DNA from: Coleofasciculus sp. B1-GNL1-01
GTDB taxonomy: Bacteria > Cyanobacteriota > Cyanobacteriia > Cyanobacteriales > Coleofasciculaceae
Direction: 5' to 3' (one strand)
Assembly (NCBI GenBank): GCA_040220235.1
Contig: JAVJTO010000083.1
DNA length: 53,074 bases
A program made the translations under genes and the position numbers. The notes beneath the pieces were generated by a model. That model saw nothing but the letters and a program-made list of their open reading frames with translations. It had not been told where the DNA came from and did no database searches. Below are positions 38,125 through 49,006 of this stretch, piece by piece; position 1 is the first letter of the stretch, and every line of letters begins with the position of its first letter.

Positions 38125-39492
38125 ATGACACTGAATTTAGCCAAATTTTACCGAGCATCCAACCCTAGCAAAACCCTCGATCTAAGTCAGTCTGAGGATC
38201 GACAGTATTATATTGATTTTTCTTCCGTGCGAGGAAATAATATCATCAAGGAACTGGGACGCACGATTAGCCGATTATCTCCCGATGAACCAACCTGTCA
38301 ACTGTTTACCGGACATATTGGCTGTGGCAAATCCACGGAATTACTGCGCCTGAAAACCGAACTCGAACAGCAAGGATTTCATGTCGTCTACTTTGAGTCC
38401 TCCCAGGACTTGGATATGGCAGATGTGGATATTAGTGATATTCTACTCGCGATCGCACGTCAGGTGAGTAACAGTCTCGAAGCCAGTCACCTCAATGTCC
38501 AGCCTACCCGTTTTCAACAGTTACTCCAAGGTGCAACTCAGATTTTGCAAGCGGAAGTCAAGGGGGTAAACGTAAAAATCCCTAAGGTGGGAAATTTAGG
38601 GATGACAACTAAAAAAGAGGGCGAGTTTTCCTTGGCGTTGGGTATTGGTGAAATTACCGCTCAAGCGAAGAATAGTCCAGAAGTGCGTTCTTTATTGCGA
38701 CAACATTTAGAACCACGAGTTAATGGTATTTTAGACGCGATTAACAAGGAGTTAATTGAACCCGCTATCCAGCAGTTAAAGCAGCAGGGGAAACAAGGAT
38801 TAGTCGTCATTGTCGATAATCTTGACCGCATCGATAATAAACAAAAGCCGGGAGGACAACTGCAACCGGAATATTTATTTGTAGACCGAGGCGAACAGTT
38901 GAATCAATTAAACTGTCATGTTGTCTATACCATTCCCCTGGTTTTAGCCTTTTCCAATGCCTTAGGACGATTAACGAATCGTTTTGGCGTTGAGCCGAAA
39001 ATATTGCCGATGGTGCGGGTGAAGCAGCGGGATAATACTATTTGCCAGGAGGGAATGGCATTGCTGCGACAGATGGTATTAGCGAGGGCATTTCCAGGGG
39101 TTGAACCTCAACAGCGATTGCGTTTGATTGCAGACGTATTTGATTCTTCGGAAACCCTAGATCGTCTCTGTTTAGTCAGTGGGGGTCATGTGCGAAACGT
39201 GCTGGTTTTATTGTTTTGCTGTATCCAAAAAGATGACCCCCCTATCAGTCAGAATTGTTTAGGCAATGTAATTTGTCAGCGGCGGAATGATTTATGCTTG
39301 GCAATTACCCCCGATGAGTGGGAATTACTGGAACAAGTCGAACAAAACAAAACCGTCAGAGGTGAGGATGGATATCAAGTTCTTTTGCGGAGTTTGTTTG
39401 TCTTTGAATATCGGGATCAGCAAGGGTGTTGGTTTGACATTAATCCTATCTTAGCCGATCGCTTACCTCCAGGACATGGTTTTCAATTGTAG
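38125..39492 (+). CDS. P-loop (AAA-type) ATPase
   Basis: YIDFSSVRG, Walker A GHIGCGKST, Walker B VVIVDNLDR, SGGHVR, WFDINP; ATG at 38125. Confidence 0.88.
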   Translation: MTLNLAKFYRASNPSKTLDLSQSEDRQYYIDFSSVRGNNIIKELGRTISRLSPDEPTCQLFTGHIGCGKSTELLRLKTELEQQGFHVVYFESSQDLDMADVDISDILLAIARQVSNSLEASHLNVQPTRFQQLLQGATQILQAEVKGVNVKIPKVGNLGMTTKKEGEFSLALGIGEITAQAKNSPEVRSLLRQHLEPRVNGILDAINKELIEPAIQQLKQQGKQGLVVIVDNLDRIDNKQKPGGQLQPEYLFVDRGEQLNQLNCHVVYTIPLVLAFSNALGRLTNRFGVEPKILPMVRVKQRDNTICQEGMALLRQMVLARAFPGVEPQQRLRLIADVFDSSETLDRLCLVSGGHVRNVLVLLFCCIQKDDPPISQNCLGNVICQRRNDLCLAITPDEWELLEQVEQNKTVRGEDGYQVLLRSLFVFEYRDQQGCWFDINPILADRLPPGHGFQL

Positions 39493-39500
39493 GGGCGGGA

Positions 39501-39575
39501 ATGACATAAGACGAATGACGAATGACATAAGACATAAGACATAAGACATAAGACGAATGACAAATGACGAATGAC
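39501..39575. repeat. STRR-type heptamer repeats (GACATAA/GACGAAT)
   Basis: About 10 tandem heptamers between the ATPase and WD40 genes. Confidence 0.85.
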
Positions 39576-42500
39576 AACGAACAATCCTTAAAAACGCTGA
39601 TCCGTGCCATCCAATTGTCTCAAGGTGAGTTTTCACTCATTCTAGCGCGTTGTAATTATTTCACCTGGCAAAAGCAGATCACACAGCAGTTGCAAGAACA
39701 ATGTCCTCTTGATATTCAAACACTAATTCTCCAGCCCTCTGTTACCCGACTTTACTCAACCATTATTGAACATATTTCCTCTTCAAAATCAGCGGTTCAG
39801 AGTCCCAACTCCTTTAAGAAGTCGGGGATCTCGCCTGCAACTGATAAGCAATCACCTAATGCTCTGATTGTATTCGGTTTAGACTCTATAACCGATCTGG
39901 ATCAACTGCTAACCGCTACCAACCAAATCCGGGAAGAGTTTCGCAAATTGCCCTTTCCCTTAATCCTGTGGGTAACCGATAACCTGCTGCGAAAACTAAT
40001 TCGGTTAGTCCCCGATTTTGAAAGTTGGGCAACCCAAGTCGATTTTGCGATCGCGACCCAAGATTTAATCGATAGAATTCAGCAAACGGCTGATACAATC
40101 TTTACTGAGGTGTTAAAGGCTGGGGTCGGTCGGTTTCTGGATAACGCGGTGTTTACGATCGCCGTGGGTTCCCGTCGTTGTTCTGAATTAGAATCGGCGC
40201 TGAATGATTTGCACCGTCGGGGCGAACCCTTAACACCAGAACTCGAAGCAAAACTGCACTTTCTCCTGGGTAGAGATGCTCAGGCTAATCAGGACATGGA
40301 AAAAGCCCGCCAGTATTATCAGCAAAGTCTGGCATTTTGGCAACAGGGGGATTACCCGGAACAGCAAGGCTGTTTGTTATTTTATCTGGGGTTATGGTGG
40401 CGGTGTTATGCGGTTTTGCATCGAGCTGACTATTGGCGATCGTGTTATCGGGCAAAGGACTATTTTCAGCGCTGTGTGCGTGTGTTTCAACAGGGGAATC
40501 GTCCGGATTTAGCCGCCCGGTTTATTAATCCCTGGGGAGAAGTGTTAATTCGGTTGCAGGAGTGGCAGGAATTAGAAGAGGTGGCTCAAACTGCCGTTAA
40601 TCTGCATCAAACGTATTTAGACAGCACTCATCTGTATGCCGGCTATGCTGATGCCCTTTTAGCTGAAGTCGCCCTAGCCAGAGGCGCTTGGAGTGATGCC
40701 AAACGGTATGCTGAATCAGCCCGACACAAGAATAATCAGCAGTCTGTAGTTGACTTAGCCTCCCAGCATAATCACACCCATTGGGCTTGGGCATGGCAAC
40801 ACTATCAAAGTTTATATTTATTACTACTGGCAAAAGCCCAACGTCATCTCGATCAGACGGCTGAAGCGATTCAAAATTTAGAGACGGCTAAAAACCAGAG
40901 TCTACCTGACTATGATCCTCAACTTTATATCGATATCTTAAAAGAATTACGCGGACTCTACTTTGAACGGGATGAGTATCTGAAATCATTTGCCCTCAAA
41001 TTAGAGCAACGTTCGATTGAAGCGCAATATGGGTTCCGCCCCTTTGTCGGCGCTGGACGTTTAAAGCCGATCAAACGAGTGATTAATTCCTCTATTGATT
41101 CCATTTATCCCCAAGTCAGAACCCAAGACCGAATTACAGCATCGGGGCGGGGTCAAGATATTCAAGCGTTAAGGACAAGGCTGAGTGAACCCTGCCATAA
41201 ATTAACGGTCATTCATGGTCAATCAGGGGTAGGTAAAAGTTCCCTCTTATCGGCAGGATTAGTCCCCGATTTGAAACAGCATCCTGTTGGCGATCGCTAT
41301 GCGTTACCTGTGACGCTGCGAGTTTATACTAATTGGGTCAACGAATTGGAGATTAAGTTAGCAGATGCATTAAAGGAAAGGGGAATTGAAGCCCTTGATT
41401 TATCCGATGAAAGCCGTTCTTTTTCCCGGAAAGCCGGAGAATCGGTTAAGAGACTTGATGGGATTCTGGAAACCTTGAGAAAAAATGGCGATCGCCATCT
41501 GCTGACGGTGTTAATTCTTGACCAATTTGAAGAATTTTTCTTTAATTGTAGTCATATAAGTACTCGCCGTGAGTTTTATCAGTTCCTAGAATGTTGTTTA
41601 AGTATTCCCTATCTGAAAATTATCATAGCGTTACGGGAAGATTATTTACACTATCTTTTAGAATTTGAACGGCTAGCGAATTTAGAGGCGTTTCATCAGA
41701 ATATTCTGGATAAAACGATTCGCTATTACCTCGGCGACTTTTCACCGGAACGGGCAAAATCTGTGATTCAGGACTTAACCGAGCGATCGCAGTTTTATTT
41801 AGAGCCAGCACTCATCGATGAAGTTGTCCAGGATTTAGCCGGTGATGTAGGGAAAGTTCGTCCGATTGAGTTGCAGGTGGTGGGGGCGCAACTGCAAACC
41901 TATAACATCACAAAGTTACATCAATATCGCCAACTTTTGGATCATCCCAAAGAAACCCTAGCCCAGCGTTTTCTAGAAGAAGTGGTTGTCGATTGTGGGG
42001 CAAAGAATGAACAACTTGCCCGACTGATTTTGTATTTACTTACCTATGAAAATGGAACACGCCCCCTCAAAACCCGTGCTGAGTTGGCAGCCGATTTAGA
42101 CGCCTGGGGATTTCCAGCCGCAAGGCAGCAATTAAATTTGGTTCTGCATATTTTAGTTGGTTCAGGGATAGTCTTTTTAGTCCCCGATTACCCCGTCAAT
42201 CGTTATCAGTTATTTCACGATTATTTAGTTGACTTCATTCGCCAGAAGCAAGCCCCCGGCTTATTAGCCGAATTAGCCGAGGCAAAAGAGAAGCAGAAAT
42301 TAACCGAAGCCCAACTCAGACAGGCACTGAAAGAGAAAGAAGAGGCATTAACTCACGAACAACAGGCGCGTAGGCGGACAGAAATTGCCGAAATTGAAAC
42401 CCTAAGTTCGTTAGCTCAAGCCATGTTTCTGTGTCATGACCAACTGGGGGCATTAGTCACCAGCGTTAAGGCAGGTCAAAAGCTAAAGTATATCAATGCG

Positions 42501-44393
42501 CCAGCGACGATAAAAACGCGAACCTTGTGTACACTTTGGCAAGTCATCTACTCAATGAAAGAATGTAATCGCTTCCAGGGACATAGCGGTGGGGTTTGGA
42601 GTGTCAGGTTTAGTCCCGATGGTCAAACCCTTGCTTCAGCTAGTACGGATGGAACCGTAAAACTTTGGCGTCTTGATGGCACAATTCTGCACACGTTTGA
42701 GGGACATCGCGGTATGGTGAGGAGTGTCAGTTTTAGTCCCGATGGTCAAACCCTTGCCTCAGCCAGTACGGATGGAACCGTCAAACTTTGGCGTCTTGAT
42801 GGTACAATTTTGCACACGTTTGAGGGGCATCGGGATTGGGTGAGGAGTGTTACCTTTAGTCCCGATGGTCAAATTATTGCCTCAGCCAGTGGTGACGGGA
42901 CAGTAAAATTATGGGGCATAGATGGTAAACTTATCCACACCTTAAAAGGGCATCGGGATTGGGTCAATAGCGTCACGTTCAGTCCCGATGGTCAACTGAT
43001 TGCCTCAACCAGTCATGACCGCACCGTAAAACTTTGGCGTTTAGATGGCAGCGTGATTCAAACCGTTAAAAAACACAACGGTGGGATTAATAGCATTAGT
43101 TTCAGTCCCGATGGTCAACTAATTGCCTCAGCTAGTCATGACCGTACTGTTAACGTGTGGCGTTTAGATGGCACGACGGTGCAAACGTTCCAGGAACATA
43201 GTGATGGGGTTTATAGCGTCAATTTTAGTCCCGATGGTCAAATACTCACCTCAGCCAGCAGTGATGGCACCGTGAAACTCTGGCGTCTTGATGGTACAAT
43301 TGTGCAAACCTTTCAAGGGTATAGCAGTTGGCTGTGGAGTATCAGTTTTAGTCCCGATAATCGCACCCTTGCTTCAGCTAGTACGGATGGTACAGTAAAA
43401 CTTTGGCGCACCAATAGCACTGTTGTCCAAACATTTCACGACCATAGCGATGGCGTCAATAGTGTTAGTTTCAGTCCTGATGGTCAGAGGATTGCCTCAG
43501 CTAGCGGTGATGGCACGGTAAAACTCCGACATTTCCATGACACAGACGTACAAACTTTTGCCGGACACAGGGATTGGGTGAGTAGCATCAGTTTCAGTCC
43601 CGATGGTCAGATGCTGGCTTCGGCGAGTCATGATGGTACAGTAAAACTCTGGGGTTTAGATGGCAGAGTGGTTCAAACGTTTAAAGGACATAGTGGTTTG
43701 GTTAAGAGTGTTAGTTTTAGCCCGGATGGTCAAACCCTTGCCTCAGCTAGTACCGATTGTACCGTCCAAGTTTGGCGTCGAGATGGCACAGTGATGCAAA
43801 TCTTTGCAGGGCATAGTGGTGGCGTCAATAGCGTCAGCTTTAGTCCGAATGGTCAAACCCTTGTCTCCGCCAGTCGTGACGGGACGATGAAACGGTGGCG
43901 TACTGATGGCACAATTGTGCAAGAGTTTGAACGCCAGGGCAATTGGGTGAATAGCGCTAGTTTCAGTCCAAATGGTCAAATCATTGCTTCGGCAAACGGG
44001 GATGGCACTGTGAAACTCTGGCGTTTAGATGGTACACTGATGCACACGTTTCAGGGACATGGCAATTGGGTGAATAGTGTCAGCTTTAGCCCCGATGGTC
44101 AAACCGTTGCTTCAGCCAGTGGTGATGGTACGGTAAAATTCTGGCGGATAGATGGTATCGAACTACAAACGTTTCAAGGACATGGTAATTGGGTTTACAG
44201 TGTTAGTTTCAGTCCCGATGGTCAAACCATTGCCTCTGCTAGCCGTGATGGAACGGTAAAGGTGATGACTTGGAAGTTAGCGCTAGATGATTTACTCAGA
44301 CAGGGTTGTAATTGGTTGCGGGATTATTTAAAGACTAATCCCAATGTCAGTGAGAGTGATAGAAATCTGTGTGATGACATTTATTGTCAATAA
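39564..44393 (+). CDS. STAND-like NTPase protein: degenerate N-terminal NTPase-like region, TPR-like helices, NTPase, 14 WD40 repeats
   Basis: Walker A GQSGVGKSS, Walker B LILDQFEEFF, RPIELQVVG, YQLFHDYL; 14 repeats of about 41 aa, GH...V.SV.FSPDGQ..ASAS.DGTVKLW. Confidence 0.92.
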   Translation: MTNDNEQSLKTLIRAIQLSQGEFSLILARCNYFTWQKQITQQLQEQCPLDIQTLILQPSVTRLYSTIIEHISSSKSAVQSPNSFKKSGISPATDKQSPNALIVFGLDSITDLDQLLTATNQIREEFRKLPFPLILWVTDNLLRKLIRLVPDFESWATQVDFAIATQDLIDRIQQTADTIFTEVLKAGVGRFLDNAVFTIAVGSRRCSELESALNDLHRRGEPLTPELEAKLHFLLGRDAQANQDMEKARQYYQQSLAFWQQGDYPEQQGCLLFYLGLWWRCYAVLHRADYWRSCYRAKDYFQRCVRVFQQGNRPDLAARFINPWGEVLIRLQEWQELEEVAQTAVNLHQTYLDSTHLYAGYADALLAEVALARGAWSDAKRYAESARHKNNQQSVVDLASQHNHTHWAWAWQHYQSLYLLLLAKAQRHLDQTAEAIQNLETAKNQSLPDYDPQLYIDILKELRGLYFERDEYLKSFALKLEQRSIEAQYGFRPFVGAGRLKPIKRVINSSIDSIYPQVRTQDRITASGRGQDIQALRTRLSEPCHKLTVIHGQSGVGKSSLLSAGLVPDLKQHPVGDRYALPVTLRVYTNWVNELEIKLADALKERGIEALDLSDESRSFSRKAGESVKRLDGILETLRKNGDRHLLTVLILDQFEEFFFNCSHISTRREFYQFLECCLSIPYLKIIIALREDYLHYLLEFERLANLEAFHQNILDKTIRYYLGDFSPERAKSVIQDLTERSQFYLEPALIDEVVQDLAGDVGKVRPIELQVVGAQLQTYNITKLHQYRQLLDHPKETLAQRFLEEVVVDCGAKNEQLARLILYLLTYENGTRPLKTRAELAADLDAWGFPAARQQLNLVLHILVGSGIVFLVPDYPVNRYQLFHDYLVDFIRQKQAPGLLAELAEAKEKQKLTEAQLRQALKEKEEALTHEQQARRRTEIAEIETLSSLAQAMFLCHDQLGALVTSVKAGQKLKYINAPATIKTRTLCTLWQVIYSMKECNRFQGHSGGVWSVRFSPDGQTLASASTDGTVKLWRLDGTILHTFEGHRGMVRSVSFSPDGQTLASASTDGTVKLWRLDGTILHTFEGHRDWVRSVTFSPDGQIIASASGDGTVKLWGIDGKLIHTLKGHRDWVNSVTFSPDGQLIASTSHDRTVKLWRLDGSVIQTVKKHNGGINSISFSPDGQLIASASHDRTVNVWRLDGTTVQTFQEHSDGVYSVNFSPDGQILTSASSDGTVKLWRLDGTIVQTFQGYSSWLWSISFSPDNRTLASASTDGTVKLWRTNSTVVQTFHDHSDGVNSVSFSPDGQRIASASGDGTVKLRHFHDTDVQTFAGHRDWVSSISFSPDGQMLASASHDGTVKLWGLDGRVVQTFKGHSGLVKSVSFSPDGQTLASASTDCTVQVWRRDGTVMQIFAGHSGGVNSVSFSPNGQTLVSASRDGTMKRWRTDGTIVQEFERQGNWVNSASFSPNGQIIASANGDGTVKLWRLDGTLMHTFQGHGNWVNSVSFSPDGQTVASASGDGTVKFWRIDGIELQTFQGHGNWVYSVSFSPDGQTIASASRDGTVKVMTWKLALDDLLRQGCNWLRDYLKTNPNVSESDRNLCDDIYCQ

Positions 44394-44530
44394 GCAAGAG
44401 GAGGCGATTGAAATCGCTGCTACATAAACTTTCGTCCGCAAGGTAAGGACTAGGTTATAACCGGGGTAGCTAACCCGGATTTGGTGGAATCAGGTGCGAT
44501 CGCACGACCCTAGAACCTTGTTTTACCATC

Positions 44531-45166
44531 TTACAGCTTAGTACTGTTCACAACTTCCCCCAATCGCTTCAAGACACCTAACACCGTATATAAATCATTT
44601 CCGGGATTAATCAGCGAGAAAAGCCGGGACAAACCATATCGCGGCGAGTCTGGCTGCATGAGTTTGAGATACACAAATTCACTGCCATTGGTAATCAACC
44701 CAAATAGAGGTTCCCTGATAGTCGGACGATTCATCATATAGAACAACGCTTGGGGAATTCCCTCTAAAACATTAAGCTGCTTACGCTTCGCCTCAATAAC
44801 TGTAACCCATAAGTTTTGATGTAAAACCAGCACATCAATCCTTCCCCTGAGGGTTTCTGCCTCATCCTCAAACACAATTTCCACTGGCTTTTCTGCCACA
44901 GGACGAAACGGATAGCTATAAAAGTTAGCGAGGGATAGCAATGGAGACAGTACCACCATTTTCACAATCTCTTCATGCATGTGATACTCTGCCAAATAGA
45001 GAAAATTCGCCTTAACCCGATCAAGCCATTGCTTTTCAGCATCAGTGGCTTGGGGTAAATCATCCTGCCATTCTGGAAAGAACTGTTCATCCTCCACTCG
45101 CTGAAGGTTAAACTTGGCTTTGACATCGTGTAAGGTTAGTTCGCTGGCTTGAATGACTTGTGCCAT
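44531..45166 (-). CDS. Stand-alone HsdR_N-like PD-(D/E)XK nuclease-fold protein
   Basis: EE.VKMVVLSPLL, GRIDVLV, VIEAK, PQAL.YM, FGLITNG. Confidence 0.8.
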   Translation of the reverse strand: MAQVIQASELTLHDVKAKFNLQRVEDEQFFPEWQDDLPQATDAEKQWLDRVKANFLYLAEYHMHEEIVKMVVLSPLLSLANFYSYPFRPVAEKPVEIVFEDEAETLRGRIDVLVLHQNLWVTVIEAKRKQLNVLEGIPQALFYMMNRPTIREPLFGLITNGSEFVYLKLMQPDSPRYGLSRLFSLINPGNDLYTVLGVLKRLGEVVNSTKL

Positions 45167-46040
45167 AACTATCCAAATTTACGGTTAGGGTTAAGAACAC
45201 TGATTTCTCTGATTAGTAGGAACGATAGAGGTGGGGGGTGAGAGGTTAGTCGCACTGATTACACAGACAGGTTAATTCTCGCTGGCAAAGGATGAGAAGA
45301 TGATTCGATGGTTGGGGAGATTATTGAGTTTTCTGTGTCAATCTGTGTCCTTCACTATTCTGTGTTCTCGAAACAGCCATCCCTTCTGTGTAATCTGTGT
45401 TTTTGTCAAGGCTTAGTCATAATTTTTATCGTAACTTTAACAAAATACATGCGTTCAAGGGGGCATTGAGTATAAAGCGCAAACCATAAATTATACAAAG
45501 TTCCACGAAAAATCCAAGGGTTTAGCGGCGTTTAGATTAGTTTTGCTTACAAAATACCCACAATAGATAGTATACCTGAAAATCCCACAATCACCTCACA
45601 ATCGCCGTAACCCCTGAAAATTCGTAGATTATTTCGGAACAGAGGTAAAAATTGAGCAATTATGACGTTTTGTTGCGATGTGAACCTGATTGAAAAATTT
45701 AAACCTTTATGGGGAAAAAAATAGTTTTAATTATCAGAACTTGACAAATTTAGCCGAAACGACATTGAGTCAAGCTAAGGAAATGTCAGTACCGAAGGAT
45801 ACAGAAAGGACAAAGTGGTATGTCGTGAATAGTCGTTATTGCCAAGAGTGCGATCGCCCTGTCTTAGTACCGCTATATTTATAGCGAAGACAGCGCAACT
45901 CCAAACCTAGCTTAGTTTCACAGCGAGTCGCTCAAGTCCAAGCTTGGTGGATTAAAATCCGTATCCAGTCAGCTTTAGCTGACTTAAGCTTTTAGCCCGA
46001 ACTTTAGTTCAGGGCTTAAATTTTCTTCCTTTTCCCTGTA

Positions 46041-47039
46041 TCAATCTGTGTCATGAATTCTACCATCAGGCATGGTTGCCCCCTGCAAATTTGCCCCCAT
46101 TAAATTCGTGGTACTCAATTCTGCCCGTGTCAGATTAGCATTGCTCAAATTCGCCCCCATCAGGTTTGTTCTTGCCAAATATGCCTCAATTAAATCCGAC
46201 TCACTCAAATTCGCTTCCCGTAAATTTGTCCGACTCAAATCCGCCCGATTCAATCGCGCCAAACTCAGATTTCCCCGACTCACTTGAGCTTTACTTAACC
46301 GTACATCAGGCATTACAGCCCCCTGTAAATTCACGTCGGTTAAATCTGCCTCACTTAAAATTGCCCGTTCCAATTTGACATTCTTTAGAATAGCGCCGCG
46401 CAAATTCGCCCCCATCAAATTCACTTCGGTCAAAAATGCCGAACTCAAATTAGCGCCACTCAAATCAGCCCCGCGCAAATCCGCTTCCCGCAAATTCGTT
46501 TCCCTTAAATTGGCACCCCTTAAGTTCACTTTCAATAAATCTGCCCCGCGTAAATCTGCCCCTTGTAAATCTACCTTCTGCAAGATGGCGCCCCGTAGCT
46601 TGGCGGTATACATCCGCTTTTCTTCTCGCAAATTCGCCCCGCGCAAACACGCCCCCGTTAAATCCGCCCCACTTAAATTAGCCCCCCGCAAATCAGCATC
46701 CATTAAGTTAGCATCAAGCAAACTAGCTAATGTCAAATTGGCGCTTCTTAAGTCAGCACTTTGTAAACTCGCCCCATGTAAGTCGGCATTATTTAAATTA
46801 ACCCCACTCAGCCACGCCTGATTTAAATTTGCGCCACTTAACCGTGTCCCCACTAAATTAGCTTTCCGCAAATTAGCGCGACTCAGGTAAGCAAAAATTA
46901 ACGTCGCGCCATGTAAATCAGCCCCATTGAGAACAATGCCAATTAAGTCCGCGCCAAACAAATTGACACCACTGAGGCTGACGCCAGTAAATTTTGTTTC
47001 TCCCGCTTCATAGCGGTGTAGGAGTTCTTTAACGTTCAT
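46041..47039 (-). CDS. Pentapeptide repeat protein
   Basis: Continuous A(D/N)LXX repeats; C-terminal MPDG. Confidence 0.95.
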   Translation of the reverse strand: MNVKELLHRYEAGETKFTGVSLSGVNLFGADLIGIVLNGADLHGATLIFAYLSRANLRKANLVGTRLSGANLNQAWLSGVNLNNADLHGASLQSADLRSANLTLASLLDANLMDADLRGANLSGADLTGACLRGANLREEKRMYTAKLRGAILQKVDLQGADLRGADLLKVNLRGANLRETNLREADLRGADLSGANLSSAFLTEVNLMGANLRGAILKNVKLERAILSEADLTDVNLQGAVMPDVRLSKAQVSRGNLSLARLNRADLSRTNLREANLSESDLIEAYLARTNLMGANLSNANLTRAELSTTNLMGANLQGATMPDGRIHDTD

Positions 47040-48186
47040 AGAATCGTTTCATTGATTGTGCGATCGCGCCAGCGGCTTGAGTGTTTTCCTCGGCGTCTTC
47101 CAGAGCTTCTGCTGTCTGGTAAAGCTTGGTTTCGAGTTCCTCAAGTGTGGAACAAGTTGAGAACAATTCAAATAACAAATCGTCTAGGGGCTTGGCTTTC
47201 ATCAATAACCAATCATGTTGCGTTTTCTTAATCGGATGATAAAGTACCGAAAAAATTAATAACTTTGCCCGCAATGGTGTCGTATATTTCATTACATTTA
47301 AGCGTAAATCAAACGGATCATACGGGCAGGGCTGTGACGGGGAATCCTGAGTTAAATTTTGTCCAAATTCTTGACCTTTAACCCCTGATGATTGCTGATG
47401 AATAAATTCGCTTTGCTTGTTTTTGTCTCCCCGTCTTTGGGTATTTCTGTTCCCTCGATTGGTCGGTGGAGGTAACCTTGTCGGTGGTGGTGCTGGCGGC
47501 TGCGATCGCGCGGCTTTAGCCGATTTAACACTGGTGATTTCTGAATCATCATCATAGAGTTTTTGCAGCACCTTGAGAATCGTTTTTGCCACAACAATAT
47601 AGTCTGCCTGTCGGTTAAGGGTTTGCACTTGTTGCTTGAGTGCTGCACTGAGTTGCTTGATGCTAGGGTAAGATTCTCTTAAGTCTTGAATTAAATCCGC
47701 CAAATTTAATTGGTTGAGAATCTGCGAGTCGGTTTCCCAGTGATTTTTACCGACATAAAGCATCAGTTTTTTGATTCGCAGGATATTACTGTCTTCTTCC
47801 AGTTCACTAACCGTTTCTAAGACAATCCATGGGGGTTGAGTCGCCGCTTTAGGCGGGGATTTAACCGCGACGACTTGAGTTAACTCTTCCGGTTCGTCAT
47901 AGAGGGGTTCTAATTGATGAATAATCGTATCAGCCACGACTAAATATTCAGCTTGGCGGTTCAACGTTTCCGCAAAGCTATAAAGCGTTGAACGAAGCTG
48001 TTCCAGACTGAAATGGGAGGCGCGAAGTTGTTGGATTAAATCAGAGAACTTATACTGATTCAGAATTGACAACTCGCTTTCCCACTGACTCTGGCAGGTA
48101 TAAACCATTAACTTTTTTATCCGCGTTGAATTGTCGTGGGTTTCTAAATTTTTAACAATTCTATCTAAACTCAATAACCCTGGCAT
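47029..48186 (-). CDS. Hypothetical protein with three related helical domains
   Basis: RIKKLM...WE...TLNRQA.Y..VA occurs twice, plus a degenerate third copy; overlaps the pentapeptide gene start by 11 bp. Confidence 0.8.
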   Translation of the reverse strand: MPGLLSLDRIVKNLETHDNSTRIKKLMVYTCQSQWESELSILNQYKFSDLIQQLRASHFSLEQLRSTLYSFAETLNRQAEYLVVADTIIHQLEPLYDEPEELTQVVAVKSPPKAATQPPWIVLETVSELEEDSNILRIKKLMLYVGKNHWETDSQILNQLNLADLIQDLRESYPSIKQLSAALKQQVQTLNRQADYIVVAKTILKVLQKLYDDDSEITSVKSAKAARSQPPAPPPTRLPPPTNRGNRNTQRRGDKNKQSEFIHQQSSGVKGQEFGQNLTQDSPSQPCPYDPFDLRLNVMKYTTPLRAKLLIFSVLYHPIKKTQHDWLLMKAKPLDDLLFELFSTCSTLEELETKLYQTAEALEDAEENTQAAGAIAQSMKRFYER

Positions 48187-48374
48187 TAATCTAAATAATG
48201 AATTGTGAAATTATCGCTTTTATAGGGAAATAATCCGCCGCATTTTGTTTTTGAGCAGGATGCCTTGAACTGATGTACCTGCTTAGAGGTATTAACACAC
48301 ATTGTTTATTTTGTCAATGTTTTAGATTAAACCGATTTCCAACTCTATGATATCAAGACTGCCACCCAATACTA

Positions 48375-48479
48375 ATACCGAGTTGCGCTCAAACATAGTA
48401 GAGAGGAAAAGCAGTGGAAGCAGTGGAAGCAGGGGAAGCAGGGGGAGGGAAAGTTATATCTTGGAATGCAACTTGGTAT
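48375..48479. mobile_element. MITE-like element with ATACC(G/A)AGTTGC ends and 9-bp repeats
   Basis: ATACCGAGTTGC...GCAACTTGGTAT enclosing GGAAGCAG(T/G) repeats. Confidence 0.6.
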
Positions 48480-48647
48480 AAGTAGGTGGGAAAAATGAAA
48501 GTTAATCTCCCTCATCTCCCCCAGTTTCCCCAGAAATTATCCTGATCGGCTGACACAGGCTAAGAAAATCATAAATAAATACTGACCCCATTTTAGTGGC
48601 AGTTTAATCCCTTATCAGTAGTCGATTACGACTCCTTCTAAATCACT

Positions 48648-48929
48648 ATGTTACTTACTCGTCAACAACTCAAAGCCAAAAAACGCAATGCCAAACGGCT
48701 CAGTCAATTACTCCAAGATGCTAGAAGAGAACTTGAACACAACATCCTCACGTTAGAGGATACGGTTCTCGATCAAGGCATTTGGCAAATGTCTGATATT
48801 TTACCCTCCCAAAATGCCCATTCCGTCATTGGCGAAATTCTGGCGATCGCGGATGCCTGGGAACAACTCAACCATTTTGAAATTGAGGAAAAGTTAGATC
48901 ATATCGAGGGTAAATTCTATCAAAACTAA
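48648..48929 (+). CDS. Hypothetical protein (93 aa)
   Basis: ATG start, protein-like helical composition, terminator-like hairpin ATCCCCGACTTC..GAAGCCGGGGAT downstream. Confidence 0.65.
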   Translation: MLLTRQQLKAKKRNAKRLSQLLQDARRELEHNILTLEDTVLDQGIWQMSDILPSQNAHSVIGEILAIADAWEQLNHFEIEEKLDHIEGKFYQN

Positions 48930-49006
48930 ACCATTCTGTTTTATTCTACATATCCCCGACTTCTTGAAGAAGCCGGGGATCTTGCTAGGAGTTGTGGTAA
49001 TCGCTT

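Noticed and set aside
45167..46040. 875-bp intergenic region with a 64-aa ORF and hairpins as ncRNA/riboswitch
   Set aside because: No recognisable riboswitch consensus; mostly AT-rich DNA and REP-like palindromes.
46072..46821. Antisense ORFs over the pentapeptide gene (also over pucC and the WD40 gene)
   Set aside because: Shadow frames caused by repetitive coding sequence on the opposite strand.
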